A stretch of 63,994 bases of DNA, filler included, from Sandaracinaceae bacterium (lineage in GTDB: Bacteria > Myxococcota_A > Polyangia > Polyangiales > JADJQN01), in the NCBI GenBank assembly GCA_947483975.1. It is 8 parts of 8 records of this genome, joined end to end, with 100 filler letters (N's around TTAATTAATTAA, not from the genome) between each part and the next. Parts side by side here need not be neighbours in the genome. Positions count along the whole stretch, not along the records: positions 25,089 to 33,260 come from CANKOL010000245.1; positions 33,361 to 41,490 come from CANKOL010000246.1; 6 more parts are not named here. One strand, written 5' to 3'. A program made the translations under genes and the position numbers. This document shows, one piece after another, positions 30,458 through 39,300 of the stretch; position 1 is the first letter of the stretch, and each line of letters opens with the position of its first letter. The notes below the pieces were generated by a model that was not told the origin of the DNA, did not search any database, and worked only from the letters and a program-made list of their open reading frames with translations.

Positions 30458-31288
30458 CTACTTCGCCGGCAGGAAGAAGTCCTCGATCAGCTCCGCGCCG
30501 GGCACGACGCTGTACTGCGAGAAGTCCGTCACTCCCCGCTCGCGCAGGAAGTCCTCGTCGATGAGGAAGCGTCCGGTCAGCTCGCGGCTCGGCGTCGTCA
30601 GCGCGGCATAGGCCGCATCGCCCATGATCTCAGGAGTCCGCGCGCCGCTCATCGTCGAGTCCCCGCCGAGCAGGTTCTGCACGGCGGCGGTCGCGATCAC
30701 GGTGCGCGGCCAGAGCGCGTTGACCGCAATCCCCTGCTTGCGGAACTCTCCAGCCATTCCCAGCACACACATACTCATCCCGAACTTCGCCATCGTGTAG
30801 GCGACGTGCGGCGCAAACCAACGCTCCTCCATCGCGAGCGGCGGAGAGAGATTGAGGATGTGTGGATTGCTCGACTTCAGCAGATGCGGGACACACGCCT
30901 GCGAAGTGAGGAAAGTGCCGCGCGTGTTGATGCCGTGCATCAAGTCGTAGCGCTTCATCGGAGTGTCGAGCGTGCCACTCAGGTTGATGGCGCTCGCGTT
31001 GTTCACGCAGACGTCGATTCCACCGAAGGTCTCGACGGCCTTCGCGACTGCGGCATACACCTGATCATCGAAGCGGATATCGCAGATGAGCGGCAGCGCC
31101 TTGCCGCCGGCTTCCTCGATCTCCTTCGCCGCGGTGTAGATCGTGCCCGGCAGCTTCGGATGAGGCTCGGCGGTCTTCGCCGCGATCACGATGTTCGCGC
31201 CGTCTCGCGCGGCGCGCTTGGCGATGGCGAGCCCGATACCGCGGCTCGCGCCGGTGATGAAGAGCGTCTTTCCCTGCAAGCTCGGCAT
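30458..31288 (-). CDS. Short-chain dehydrogenase (HSDL2/citronellol dehydrogenase-like)
   Basis: TGASRGIG, HPKLPGTIYT, NNASAI, YTMAK catalytic motif, ALWPRT. Confidence 0.92.
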   Translation of the reverse strand: MPSLQGKTLFITGASRGIGLAIAKRAARDGANIVIAAKTAEPHPKLPGTIYTAAKEIEEAGGKALPLICDIRFDDQVYAAVAKAVETFGGIDVCVNNASAINLSGTLDTPMKRYDLMHGINTRGTFLTSQACVPHLLKSSNPHILNLSPPLAMEERWFAPHVAYTMAKFGMSMCVLGMAGEFRKQGIAVNALWPRTVIATAAVQNLLGGDSTMSGARTPEIMGDAAYAALTTPSRELTGRFLIDEDFLRERGVTDFSQYSVVPGAELIEDFFLPAK

Positions 31289-31335
31289 GTCGGAATCCTC
31301 CGCGCGCGACGATAGCTGCCCTCGCGCGGCCCGCA

Positions 31336-31453
31336 AACGGGAGGCGCCGCGTCGCAACGGGAGGCGCCGCGTCGCAACGGGAGGCGCCGCGTCGCAACGG
31401 GAGGCGCCGCGTCGCAACGGGAGGCGCCGCGTCGCAACGGGAGGCGCCGCGTC
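31336..31453. repeat. Perfect 20-bp tandem repeat, about 5.9 copies (VNTR)
   Basis: (AACGGGAGGCGCCGCGTCGC)n with no spacers. Confidence 0.95.
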
Positions 31454-32551
31454 TCAGGGCCCGCTCGTGCCGCTCGGCGAGTCATCGCGCGCCGTCGCGA
31501 CCGACACCGCGTCGCGCCCCGCGTGCTTCGCGCGATAGAGCGCCCGATCCGCCGCCACGAGCAGCCTCGACGCCCTCCGCCGCTCGTCGCCTCGCGCGGC
31601 GAGCGAAGCCCGGAGCGTCGCGACGCCGACGGAGATCGTCACTCCCGGCAGCGTTCCCACGTCTCGCAGCGCGCCGGGGCTCGCCGCCCGCACCGCGCTG
31701 CGCAGCTTGCCGCCGAGCGCCCGCGCGCCCTCGACCTCGACGCCCGGAGCGACGACGACGAACTCATCACCGCCGAAGCGGTAGACCTCGCCCGCCGCGC
31801 CGACGGTCTGTGCGAGGGCGCGCCCGACTCGCTTGAGCGTCTCGCTCCCTCCCGCATGGCCGAGCAGATCGTTGACGCGCTTGAGATGGTCCACGTCGAT
31901 GAAGAGCACCGCGACGTCCCCGCGTCCGCGCACCGCGAGCCTCACCGCCGCGTCGAGCTCCCCGCGCAGCCCCCGCACATTGCGCACCCCGGTCAGCTCG
32001 TCTCGCCGAGCGAGCTCGTTCTGCTTCAGCACATCGACCCCGTTCAGGATCGTGCGCGACACATACCGCCCCAGCAGCTCGACGAGCTCGACGTCCCGCT
32101 CCGCGAGCTGCGTCCCGCGCCCCGCGATGACGACGAGCACCCCGCACACCGCATGCTCGAGCCGCACCGGCACGGCGACCCGCGCGGGCGCCCGTCCGAC
32201 CTCCAAGCGCGCGACGGTCCGTCCGCGGCTCAGCGCCTCGCCGACCAGCCCGGTCTCGCCCCCCTCAGCGTCGTGCTCCCAAGCCTCCGGCGCGAGGACC
32301 TCTCCGACCAGCAACTCCCGCTCGTCACCGAACGCCGCGACGACGGTCAGCTCCGGCGCCCGGTGGCGCCTCCCGCTGCGCGGCTCGTCGAGCGCGATGA
32401 AGCCGCTCACGGCGGGCACCAGGCGCGCGGCGAGGTCGAGCGTCTCCGCGAGCAGGCGCCCGATCGGCGGCGGCACTACCTGCCCGTCGCCGCGCCGTCG
32501 CCGGAGCAAGAAGCGCTGCAGTCTGTCTTCGGCGAGCGAGCGCGAGGCCAC
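31454..32551 (-). CDS. GAF-GGDEF diguanylate cyclase
   Basis: DELTGVRN, IDVDHLKRVNDLLGH, YRFGGDEF, ADRALYRAK; GAF-like N-terminus. Confidence 0.88.
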   Translation of the reverse strand: MASRSLAEDRLQRFLLRRRRGDGQVVPPPIGRLLAETLDLAARLVPAVSGFIALDEPRSGRRHRAPELTVVAAFGDERELLVGEVLAPEAWEHDAEGGETGLVGEALSRGRTVARLEVGRAPARVAVPVRLEHAVCGVLVVIAGRGTQLAERDVELVELLGRYVSRTILNGVDVLKQNELARRDELTGVRNVRGLRGELDAAVRLAVRGRGDVAVLFIDVDHLKRVNDLLGHAGGSETLKRVGRALAQTVGAAGEVYRFGGDEFVVVAPGVEVEGARALGGKLRSAVRAASPGALRDVGTLPGVTISVGVATLRASLAARGDERRRASRLLVAADRALYRAKHAGRDAVSVATARDDSPSGTSGP

Positions 32552-32641
32552 GCCACGGAGGGTACCCGCCGCCCGTCAGCGCCCCAAGTTTCCGCGCCGC
32601 CGCCGCCCGCGCTCGTCGCGCCGCCGTTAGCAATCCGATCC

Positions 32642-32658
32642 TGCGACAAACTGTCGCA
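32642..32658. promoter_or_regulatory. Palindromic site, putative enhancer-binding-protein UAS
   Basis: TGCGACA-AAC-TGTCGCA perfect 7-3-7 inverted repeat. Confidence 0.5.
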
Positions 32659-32729
32659 CTTCCCCGACGGCCCGGCCGAGGGAGCCTTGAACGTAGTTAT
32701 TCCGGTGGGTTAGCTACGAGTCGGCCTGC

Positions 32730-32745
32730 TGGCTTGCGGCTTGCT
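32730..32745 (+). promoter_or_regulatory. Putative sigma54 -24/-12 promoter
   Basis: TGGCTTGCGGCTTGCT with GG-N10-GC spacing. Confidence 0.5.
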
Positions 32746-33020
32746 TCGTGCGGGTCTTCCAACAGTCCCGCCCGGAAGTTTCCCCGATTGAGCCGCGCCC
32801 TAGCGCGGAGCGAGTGCCCATGAACGCCGCCTGTACGCCGTCGGTCGGTCATCTGAAATACGTTGACAATTCAGTGACGCTCCGGCATTGCTCGCCGTTC
32901 TCGGACGCCCGAGGAGACACGCCGTGCAGGGCTTCTATTCCTGGGGCGGTGGTTTCTGGCTATGCAGCAGCTTCTGGGTCCGGTGGGCAACGGGCCGGTC
33001 TCCGCACGGAGAGTGATTTC

Positions 33021-33260
33021 GTGACGCAGTCGTTCATTCGCTTCCTCCTCTGCGCCGTTCTCCTCGGCGCCTCCCTGACGGTCTCGAGCGCGCGTGCACA
33101 GGACGCCGCCGATGCAGGCGTGCCGCCGACTGACGCGGCCGTGCACTATCCGAACACGGCGCGAGGCCGCGCTGCTGCCGCCGCCGCTGCGCAGGCCGCC
33201 GCTGAAGCCCAAGCTGCGGCTGACGCGCAGGCCGCCGCTGCTGCCGCGGAAGCGGCCGCC
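33021..33260 (+). CDS. Secreted protein with Ala-rich N-terminus, 3' truncated
   Basis: GGAGAG RBS, GTG start, signal peptide ending ARA-Q. Confidence 0.65.
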
Positions 33261-33360
33261 NNNNNNNNNNNNNNNNNNNNNNNNNNNNNNNNNNNNNNNN
33301 NNNNTTAATTAATTAANNNNNNNNNNNNNNNNNNNNNNNNNNNNNNNNNNNNNNNNNNNN
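33261..33360. other. Artificial contig spacer
   Basis: N44-TTAATTAATTAA-N44. Confidence 0.99.
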
Positions 33361-33938
33361 CCCGTCGTCGCCTCGCCCTCTGCCGCGCGCGCCCTCGCGC
33401 GCTCGAGCGCGTGCGCGACGAAGGTCGCCATCGCCGTCGTCAGCGCGACGGACGCCATATCGAACGGATCCCCCGCGCGGCGCTGCAGCACGAGCACGCC
33501 CGCGCACGCGCCGCCGAGCAGCACCGGCACCGCGACGAAGCACGGGAACTGCTCCTCGCCGAGCCCCGGCACGTGCTTGTAGTGCGTCTCGCTCTCCGCG
33601 ACGGCGACCGACGCCGGCCGCAGGTTCTGCGCGACGAAGCCCGTGATGCCCTCGCCGAGCTTCAGCTTCACGCGCCCGACCGCGTCGTGCGGGAAGCCGA
33701 CGTTCGCCCGCATCACGAGCACGATGTCGCCCGCGTCGTCCTCCTCGCGCAGGTACACGCTCGCGATCGGCGCGCGCATGATGCCCGAGACCTCCGCGCA
33801 GAGCGTCGTCAGCACGTCCTCGAGCGGCCGCTCGCGCGAGGCCTCCTCGACGAGGCGCAGGATGCCGTCGATCGCCCGATCTCCGCCGCGCTCGTGCACG
33901 CGAACTTGCCCGGTCTGCTCGTCGCTCGTGTCGTCCAA
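33361..33938 (-). CDS. GAF-domain protein resembling the PtsP (EI-Ntr) N-terminus, 3' truncated
   Basis: ASVYL, LVMRANVG, VGRVKLKLGEGITG, GEEQF, GVLVLQ; downstream domains not visible. Confidence 0.7.
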
Positions 33939-34099
33939 GGCTCGTCGCTCCGTGTCTCTCGGCTGCCGTTCGCGCGCTACTTAGCCGAGGCCGTCGCCGA
34001 CGCCAGCCAGCCTCGAGTGAATCGCGTCGCTCGACCGCGCGTCCTTTGCACCGCACGTTTCTGCGGCTCACGCAGCCGTTCCGCGCCAGAGGAGTCCCG

Positions 34100-34966
34100 A
34101 TGCTCACGTCCCGCCGCACGCCGCTCCTCACCGCCCTCGCGCTCGCGCTCCTCTCCGCCTCGACGCTGCTCGCCGCCCCGGCGCGCGCCGACGAGGCCGA
34201 CGTGCACTACCGCATGGCCCTCGAGCACAAGCGCGCAGGGCACCTCCCCGACGCGCTCCGCGAGGCGCGCGAGGCCACGCGCCTCCGCCCGGCGCACGCC
34301 GCCGCGTGGCTGACGACCGGCACGATCCTACGCACTCAAAACGATCTTCCGGGCGCGCTCGCCGCGTTTCAGCGCGTCACCGACCTCGAGCCGAACAGCT
34401 CGCAGGGCTGGGCGCTGCTCGGCGCCGTCTATCTGCGCATGAGCCGCTGGCAGGACGCCGTCGAGCCGCTCCGGAAGGCGGTCGCCTTCGACACGCACGA
34501 CGCCTCGAGCTGGGCGAACCTCGGCTCCGCGCTGCGCCACCTCGGCAAGCCCGACGAAGCCATCGCCGCCCTGCAAGCCGGGCTGACGCAGGTCCCCAAC
34601 GACTCGCAGCTCCTCAACAACCTCGCCGTCGCGCTGCGCTCCGCGCGCCGCTTCGACGAGGCGGCCGTCGCCTTGCGCGCCGCCGCGACCGCGCAGCCCA
34701 ACGACGCGCAGATCGCGCTCAACCTCGCCATCACGCTCCGCAGCGCAGAAAAGTACGAGGAGGCCATCCCCGAGTACGAGCGCACGCTGCGCCTCGCGCC
34801 GACGAACACCGACGCGATGTTCGACCTCGCCGTCTGCTACGAGCAGCTCCACCGCTCCGACGACGCGATCCGCGCCTATGGCCGCTACATCGAGGCGATC
34901 CGCCCGCGTGACCCGGCCGCCGCGACGCGCGCGCAGGAGCGCATCCAGGCGGTGCAGGCGCACTGA
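34100..34966 (+). CDS. Secreted TPR-repeat protein
   Basis: AGGAG RBS; signal ending ARA; repeated TPR units (WANLGSAL, LNNLAVAL, LNLAITL, FDLAVCY). Confidence 0.88.
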   Translation: MLTSRRTPLLTALALALLSASTLLAAPARADEADVHYRMALEHKRAGHLPDALREAREATRLRPAHAAAWLTTGTILRTQNDLPGALAAFQRVTDLEPNSSQGWALLGAVYLRMSRWQDAVEPLRKAVAFDTHDASSWANLGSALRHLGKPDEAIAALQAGLTQVPNDSQLLNNLAVALRSARRFDEAAVALRAAATAQPNDAQIALNLAITLRSAEKYEEAIPEYERTLRLAPTNTDAMFDLAVCYEQLHRSDDAIRAYGRYIEAIRPRDPAAATRAQERIQAVQAH

Positions 34967-35067
34967 GCGCGCGCTCCGAGGCGCGAGGCTTCGTGCAAGT
35001 CGTCCGCTTGACCGCCTGAGCGCGCGCGTGCGAGCTTCGCTGCTTCGTGCACAAACAGGAGCTAGGG

Positions 35068-36057
35068 ATGACGACTCGACTGACTTCGCTGGTGGCGCTC
35101 GCTCTCGCGGGTGCGTTTTTGGTTGGCTGCGGCGACGACGACGTGACGCCGACGCCGCCGGTCGACGCTGGCCCGGGGACCGACCTCGGCCCCGTGACGC
35201 CCGTATGCCCCGACAGCGCGCCGGCCCCCGCGAACCAGACCGGCGCGTGCTGCCTGCGCGCGTCGAACGCCGACCGCCCCACGGCCCCCGAGCTTCGCCT
35301 CGCGGCGCTCCGCCTGACCGCGCCGACGGGCAGCCCGCTGATCTCCGCCACCGTGCGCGGCCTGCTCAACGGCGCCTTCGACGCCGAGTCCTTCAACTGG
35401 CTGATCCAGCTCGCCGACGCGCCCGCCACGGGTGACGGCCCCGCCACCGTGCGCACCGGCTTCGGCGTGCGCGCGGCTGACGGCACCTTCGCCTTCACGC
35501 TCGGCGGCGCGCCGCCCCCCGGCGACGTGAACCGCTGGGATCCCATCTCGGTCACCGGCGCCGTCGCGAGCGAGAGCCTCTCCACTGTGCCCTACGCCGG
35601 CTCGGGCCCGCTCACTATCCCGGTCTTCGACCAGACCGACCCGACGCTCCTCGTCGTCGAGCTCCCCGTGTACAACCTCGAGCTCGTCAGCGCGCCGATG
35701 ACCGAGGGCCGCAGCTGCGTCGGCGCCCGCGGCACCGCGAGCTACGACACCGCCAGCGGCGGCGAGCTCCGCGCCTACATCCGCGTCGAGGACGCGAAGG
35801 CGCGCCACGTCAGCGTGCCCCCGACGCTCGACACCACGCTCTGCGCGCTCGTCGCCGGCTCCCTCTCGAACGCCACCTACTGCGACGATCCGCAGTCGGG
35901 CTGGATGGCGAAGCCCAACGCGCTCTGCGACGCGGTGACCTTCACCTGCCACACCAACGCCTCGGGCATGACGGACGTCTGCGACCCCTCGACGACCTGC
36001 AACGCCTGGGAGCTCCGCGGCGAGTTCGCGGCGCAGGGCGTCGAGATCACGAACTGA
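35068..36057 (+). CDS. Hypothetical Cys-containing lipoprotein
   Basis: CAGGAG RBS; lipobox LVGC; strongly GC3-biased codons. Confidence 0.8.
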   Translation: MTTRLTSLVALALAGAFLVGCGDDDVTPTPPVDAGPGTDLGPVTPVCPDSAPAPANQTGACCLRASNADRPTAPELRLAALRLTAPTGSPLISATVRGLLNGAFDAESFNWLIQLADAPATGDGPATVRTGFGVRAADGTFAFTLGGAPPPGDVNRWDPISVTGAVASESLSTVPYAGSGPLTIPVFDQTDPTLLVVELPVYNLELVSAPMTEGRSCVGARGTASYDTASGGELRAYIRVEDAKARHVSVPPTLDTTLCALVAGSLSNATYCDDPQSGWMAKPNALCDAVTFTCHTNASGMTDVCDPSTTCNAWELRGEFAAQGVEITN

Positions 36058-36128
36058 AGTCAGCCGCTCAGCTCACCCACTGAGCTGACCCGCCTCGCGA
36101 ACGCTTCGGCGCTCGCCGGCCACGAAGC

Positions 36129-36161
36129 AGGGCTCACGGCACATCGCCGTGGGCCCTTTTT
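36129..36161 (+). terminator. Intrinsic terminator
   Basis: AGGGCTCACGGC-ACATC-GCCGTGGGCCCT followed by T tract. Confidence 0.75.
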
Positions 36162-36321
36162 CGTGGGCGAACTGTGGGCGCCCGCGCACACCGGACCGCT
36201 CTTCGTGTCCGACGTCACTATTGATTCGCGTTCGACAACGGCGGTACCATGGGCCCGCATCTAAGCGCGGAGGGGCCCGCTCGCCCCGATGCCAACGCGC
36301 GAGCCGCGCGGGGAGAGACTA

Positions 36322-39300
36322 ATGATTCGATTTCGTCAGCAGTCGCAGCACTTCCTTGTCGCGGCGGTCGTCCTCTTCCTGTTCGCGTGCGGCGGAGGTA
36401 GCTGCTCGAGCTGCGCCGGCTGCGGTGTCGCGCCGATCCCGGGAGGCTTCCCGATCGCCGAGCGCATCGACAACTCCGCGCAGGTCCGCCTGACCAGCTC
36501 GGGCGTCTCGTTCATCGAGAACAACATCGACGCCATCGTCGCGCAGTTCCTGCCCGGCGGGCTCGACTTCGCCGTGCCCGCGACCAGCGGCTCGATCGCG
36601 ACCGTTTGGCCCCTGCCGGACATCACCTACACGGTGTGCGGCAGCGGCACGACCTGCATGATCCACGGCGAGATCGACTCGATCGACATCACGCCGACGG
36701 CTCCGAATCGCCTGAGCATTCACCTGCGCGTCATCCTCGACAGCCGCGACGGCGCGGGGGCCCGCGCGAGCCTGCCCATCGACACCAGCCTCGGGATGCT
36801 CCACGCCGACATCGACACGCGCGCCGGGTCGCGCACGTACGTCGGCCTGACGGTCAACATCGACCTCGCCGCCGAGACGCGCGCCGCGCGCGCCGGCTAC
36901 ACGCGCATCGTCGTCTCCGACGCGACGCTCACCTCGGGCGAGGAGCTCGAGAACGAGGACATCTCGATCACCGGCTCAGGCTTCGGCGGGACGATCATCT
37001 CGTTCTTCATCAACCTGTTCAAGGGCACGATCGTCGGCATGCTGCAGGACCAGGTCACCGGCATCCTGCAGGGCGCCATCTCGAGCCAGCTCTGCACGAA
37101 GGCTGGCGACACGGGCTGCCCGACGGGCTCGACGCCTGACGGCGCCGGACCGACCGCGACGTGCAACTTCACGGGCACGACCGAGTGCGTCCCGATGCTC
37201 CTCGGCACGGACGGGCAGGGCGACCTCGGCGCGGCGTTCCTCGGCGGCTTCTCGCCGGGCACGCACGGCAGCGGGCAGTTCATGCTCGCGGCGGGCGGGG
37301 ACGGCGAGGCCGTCAACGACGGCATGAGCGTCTTCTTCTACGGCGGCTTCCGCTCGACGAACGGCGACTACACCGTCAGCCCCGGGCACAACGCCTGCGT
37401 CCCCGCGCTCACGCCGACGAGCCCCCGCTCCGGCGGCGGCACCATCGCCGACAACTGGGGCGGCGGGAACCGCCCGTCGATCGCGCGCGTCGACACCTTC
37501 CGCAGCAACACGCCCGCGGGCCTCGCGACGCCGCCGCACGTCTCCATCGGCCTCGCCGAGGACTACCTCAACTACTCGGCGTTCGGCGCGTTCGACGCCG
37601 GCCTCCTCTGCATCGGCGCCGGCACGCGCCTCTCGCAGCAGATCTCGACGGGCCTCTTCTCGATCCTGATCGGCTCGCTGAAGAACCTCTCGTTCCCCGA
37701 GGAAGCGGCGGCGCTCGCCTTCTCGATCCGTCCGCAAGAGCCGCCCCGCGTGACCGTAGGCACCGCCGCCGGGGAGCCCACGCTCGCGCTGCTCTTGCCG
37801 AGCGTTCAGATGGACTTCTACGTCTGGAGCCAGGAGCGCTACGTGCGCATCATGACGTACCAGGCTGATCTCAACATCACGATCAACCTGACCGTCGACG
37901 CGGGCCAGATCGTCCCGATGATCGGCGAGCTGACCGCGACGAACCCGTCGGTGACGAACTCGGACCTCATCACCGAGGACCCCGCGACGCTCGCGACGAC
38001 GATCACGTCCGTGCTCGGCTCCTTCGCCGGCTCGCTCGGCGGCTCCATCGCGCCGATCTCGCTGCCCGCCATCTCGGGCTTCAACCTGATCGTGCCGCCC
38101 GGCGGGCTCACCGGCGTCGCGGACACCGGCGAGAAGTTCCTCGGCATCTTCGCGAACCTCGAGATCGCGGCGCCCGCGCCGCTCACGATGACGACCGACA
38201 CCACGCTCGCCGTGCAGGACCTCGTGCTCAACCGCGAGGCGATGACCGTCGAACACTTCGCGCAGGGCGCGACGCCGTCGATTCGCCTCAACATGAACGC
38301 GAGCGGCCCGGCGGCCGTCGACTTCGAGTACAGCTACCGCCTCGACGGGATGCAGTGGTCGCCGTGGACGCGCGACCGCTCGGTCGTGTTCGAGTCGCCC
38401 GCGCTGCTGCTTCAGGCGCGGCACGACGTCGAGGCGCGCTCGCGCGTCGTCGGCGAGCACCTGACCACGGACCTCACGCCCGCGCACGCCGAGGTGCTGA
38501 TCGACCTCATCGCGCCGGACGTCGTCGTCGAGCAGGACGGCACCACCGTCCGCGTGACCGCGACGGACGTCATCACCTCGCGCGACGCGCTCTCCTACCG
38601 CTATCGCACCGGCGACGGCGTGTGGACGGCGTGGACGCACGACGCGAGCTACGCGCTCCCCGACGGCGGCGCGACGGGCGTCGACGTCGAGGTCAAGGAC
38701 GAGGCTGGGAACGTCGGCGCGTCGCGTCAGGCGCTGATCCGCGGCCTGCCGAACGCCGCGGCGACCGGCGGCTGTGGCTGCACCGTCGCGGACGGCGGCC
38801 CGACGGGCGGCGACCTCGCGGTCTTCGCGATGGCGGCGCTCTTCGTACTCGGCGCGGGCCGGCGGAGGTCGCTCCCCGGGGCGAAGCCCTTTCTCACGGG
38901 GCGGCTCGCGGGGCGGCTCGCGCGCGCGGCGCTGAAGCATCTCCCGGTCGTGCTGGTCCTCGCGACTCCTCTCGCGTTCGGCGCGATGGGCTGCGACTGC
39001 GGCAGCAAGAAGACGGTGCCGACGCCCCCCGCCTGTGACGGGCTCTGCGGCACCGCGCCCGAGGCCGGGCAGTTCTGCTGCACGACGACCAATATGTGCC
39101 AGACGTACGGCGACGACGCCGACTGCGCGCCCGGCTTCACCTGCCCGCCCGCGTCGATCGAGCTCGACGGCTGCACGGTGCGCTGCGCCGCCGGCGCGTG
39201 CACCGAGAAGCCGCCGCTGACGCCGGGGCAGCTCGCGACGCACCTCGACATGGTGCTCGACGAGAGCGGCGTGCCGATTCTGAGCGGCTACGCGGCGGGC

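Noticed and set aside
31336..31453. 20-bp repeat array as a CRISPR
   Set aside because: Units are head-to-tail with no spacers, and there are no cas genes.
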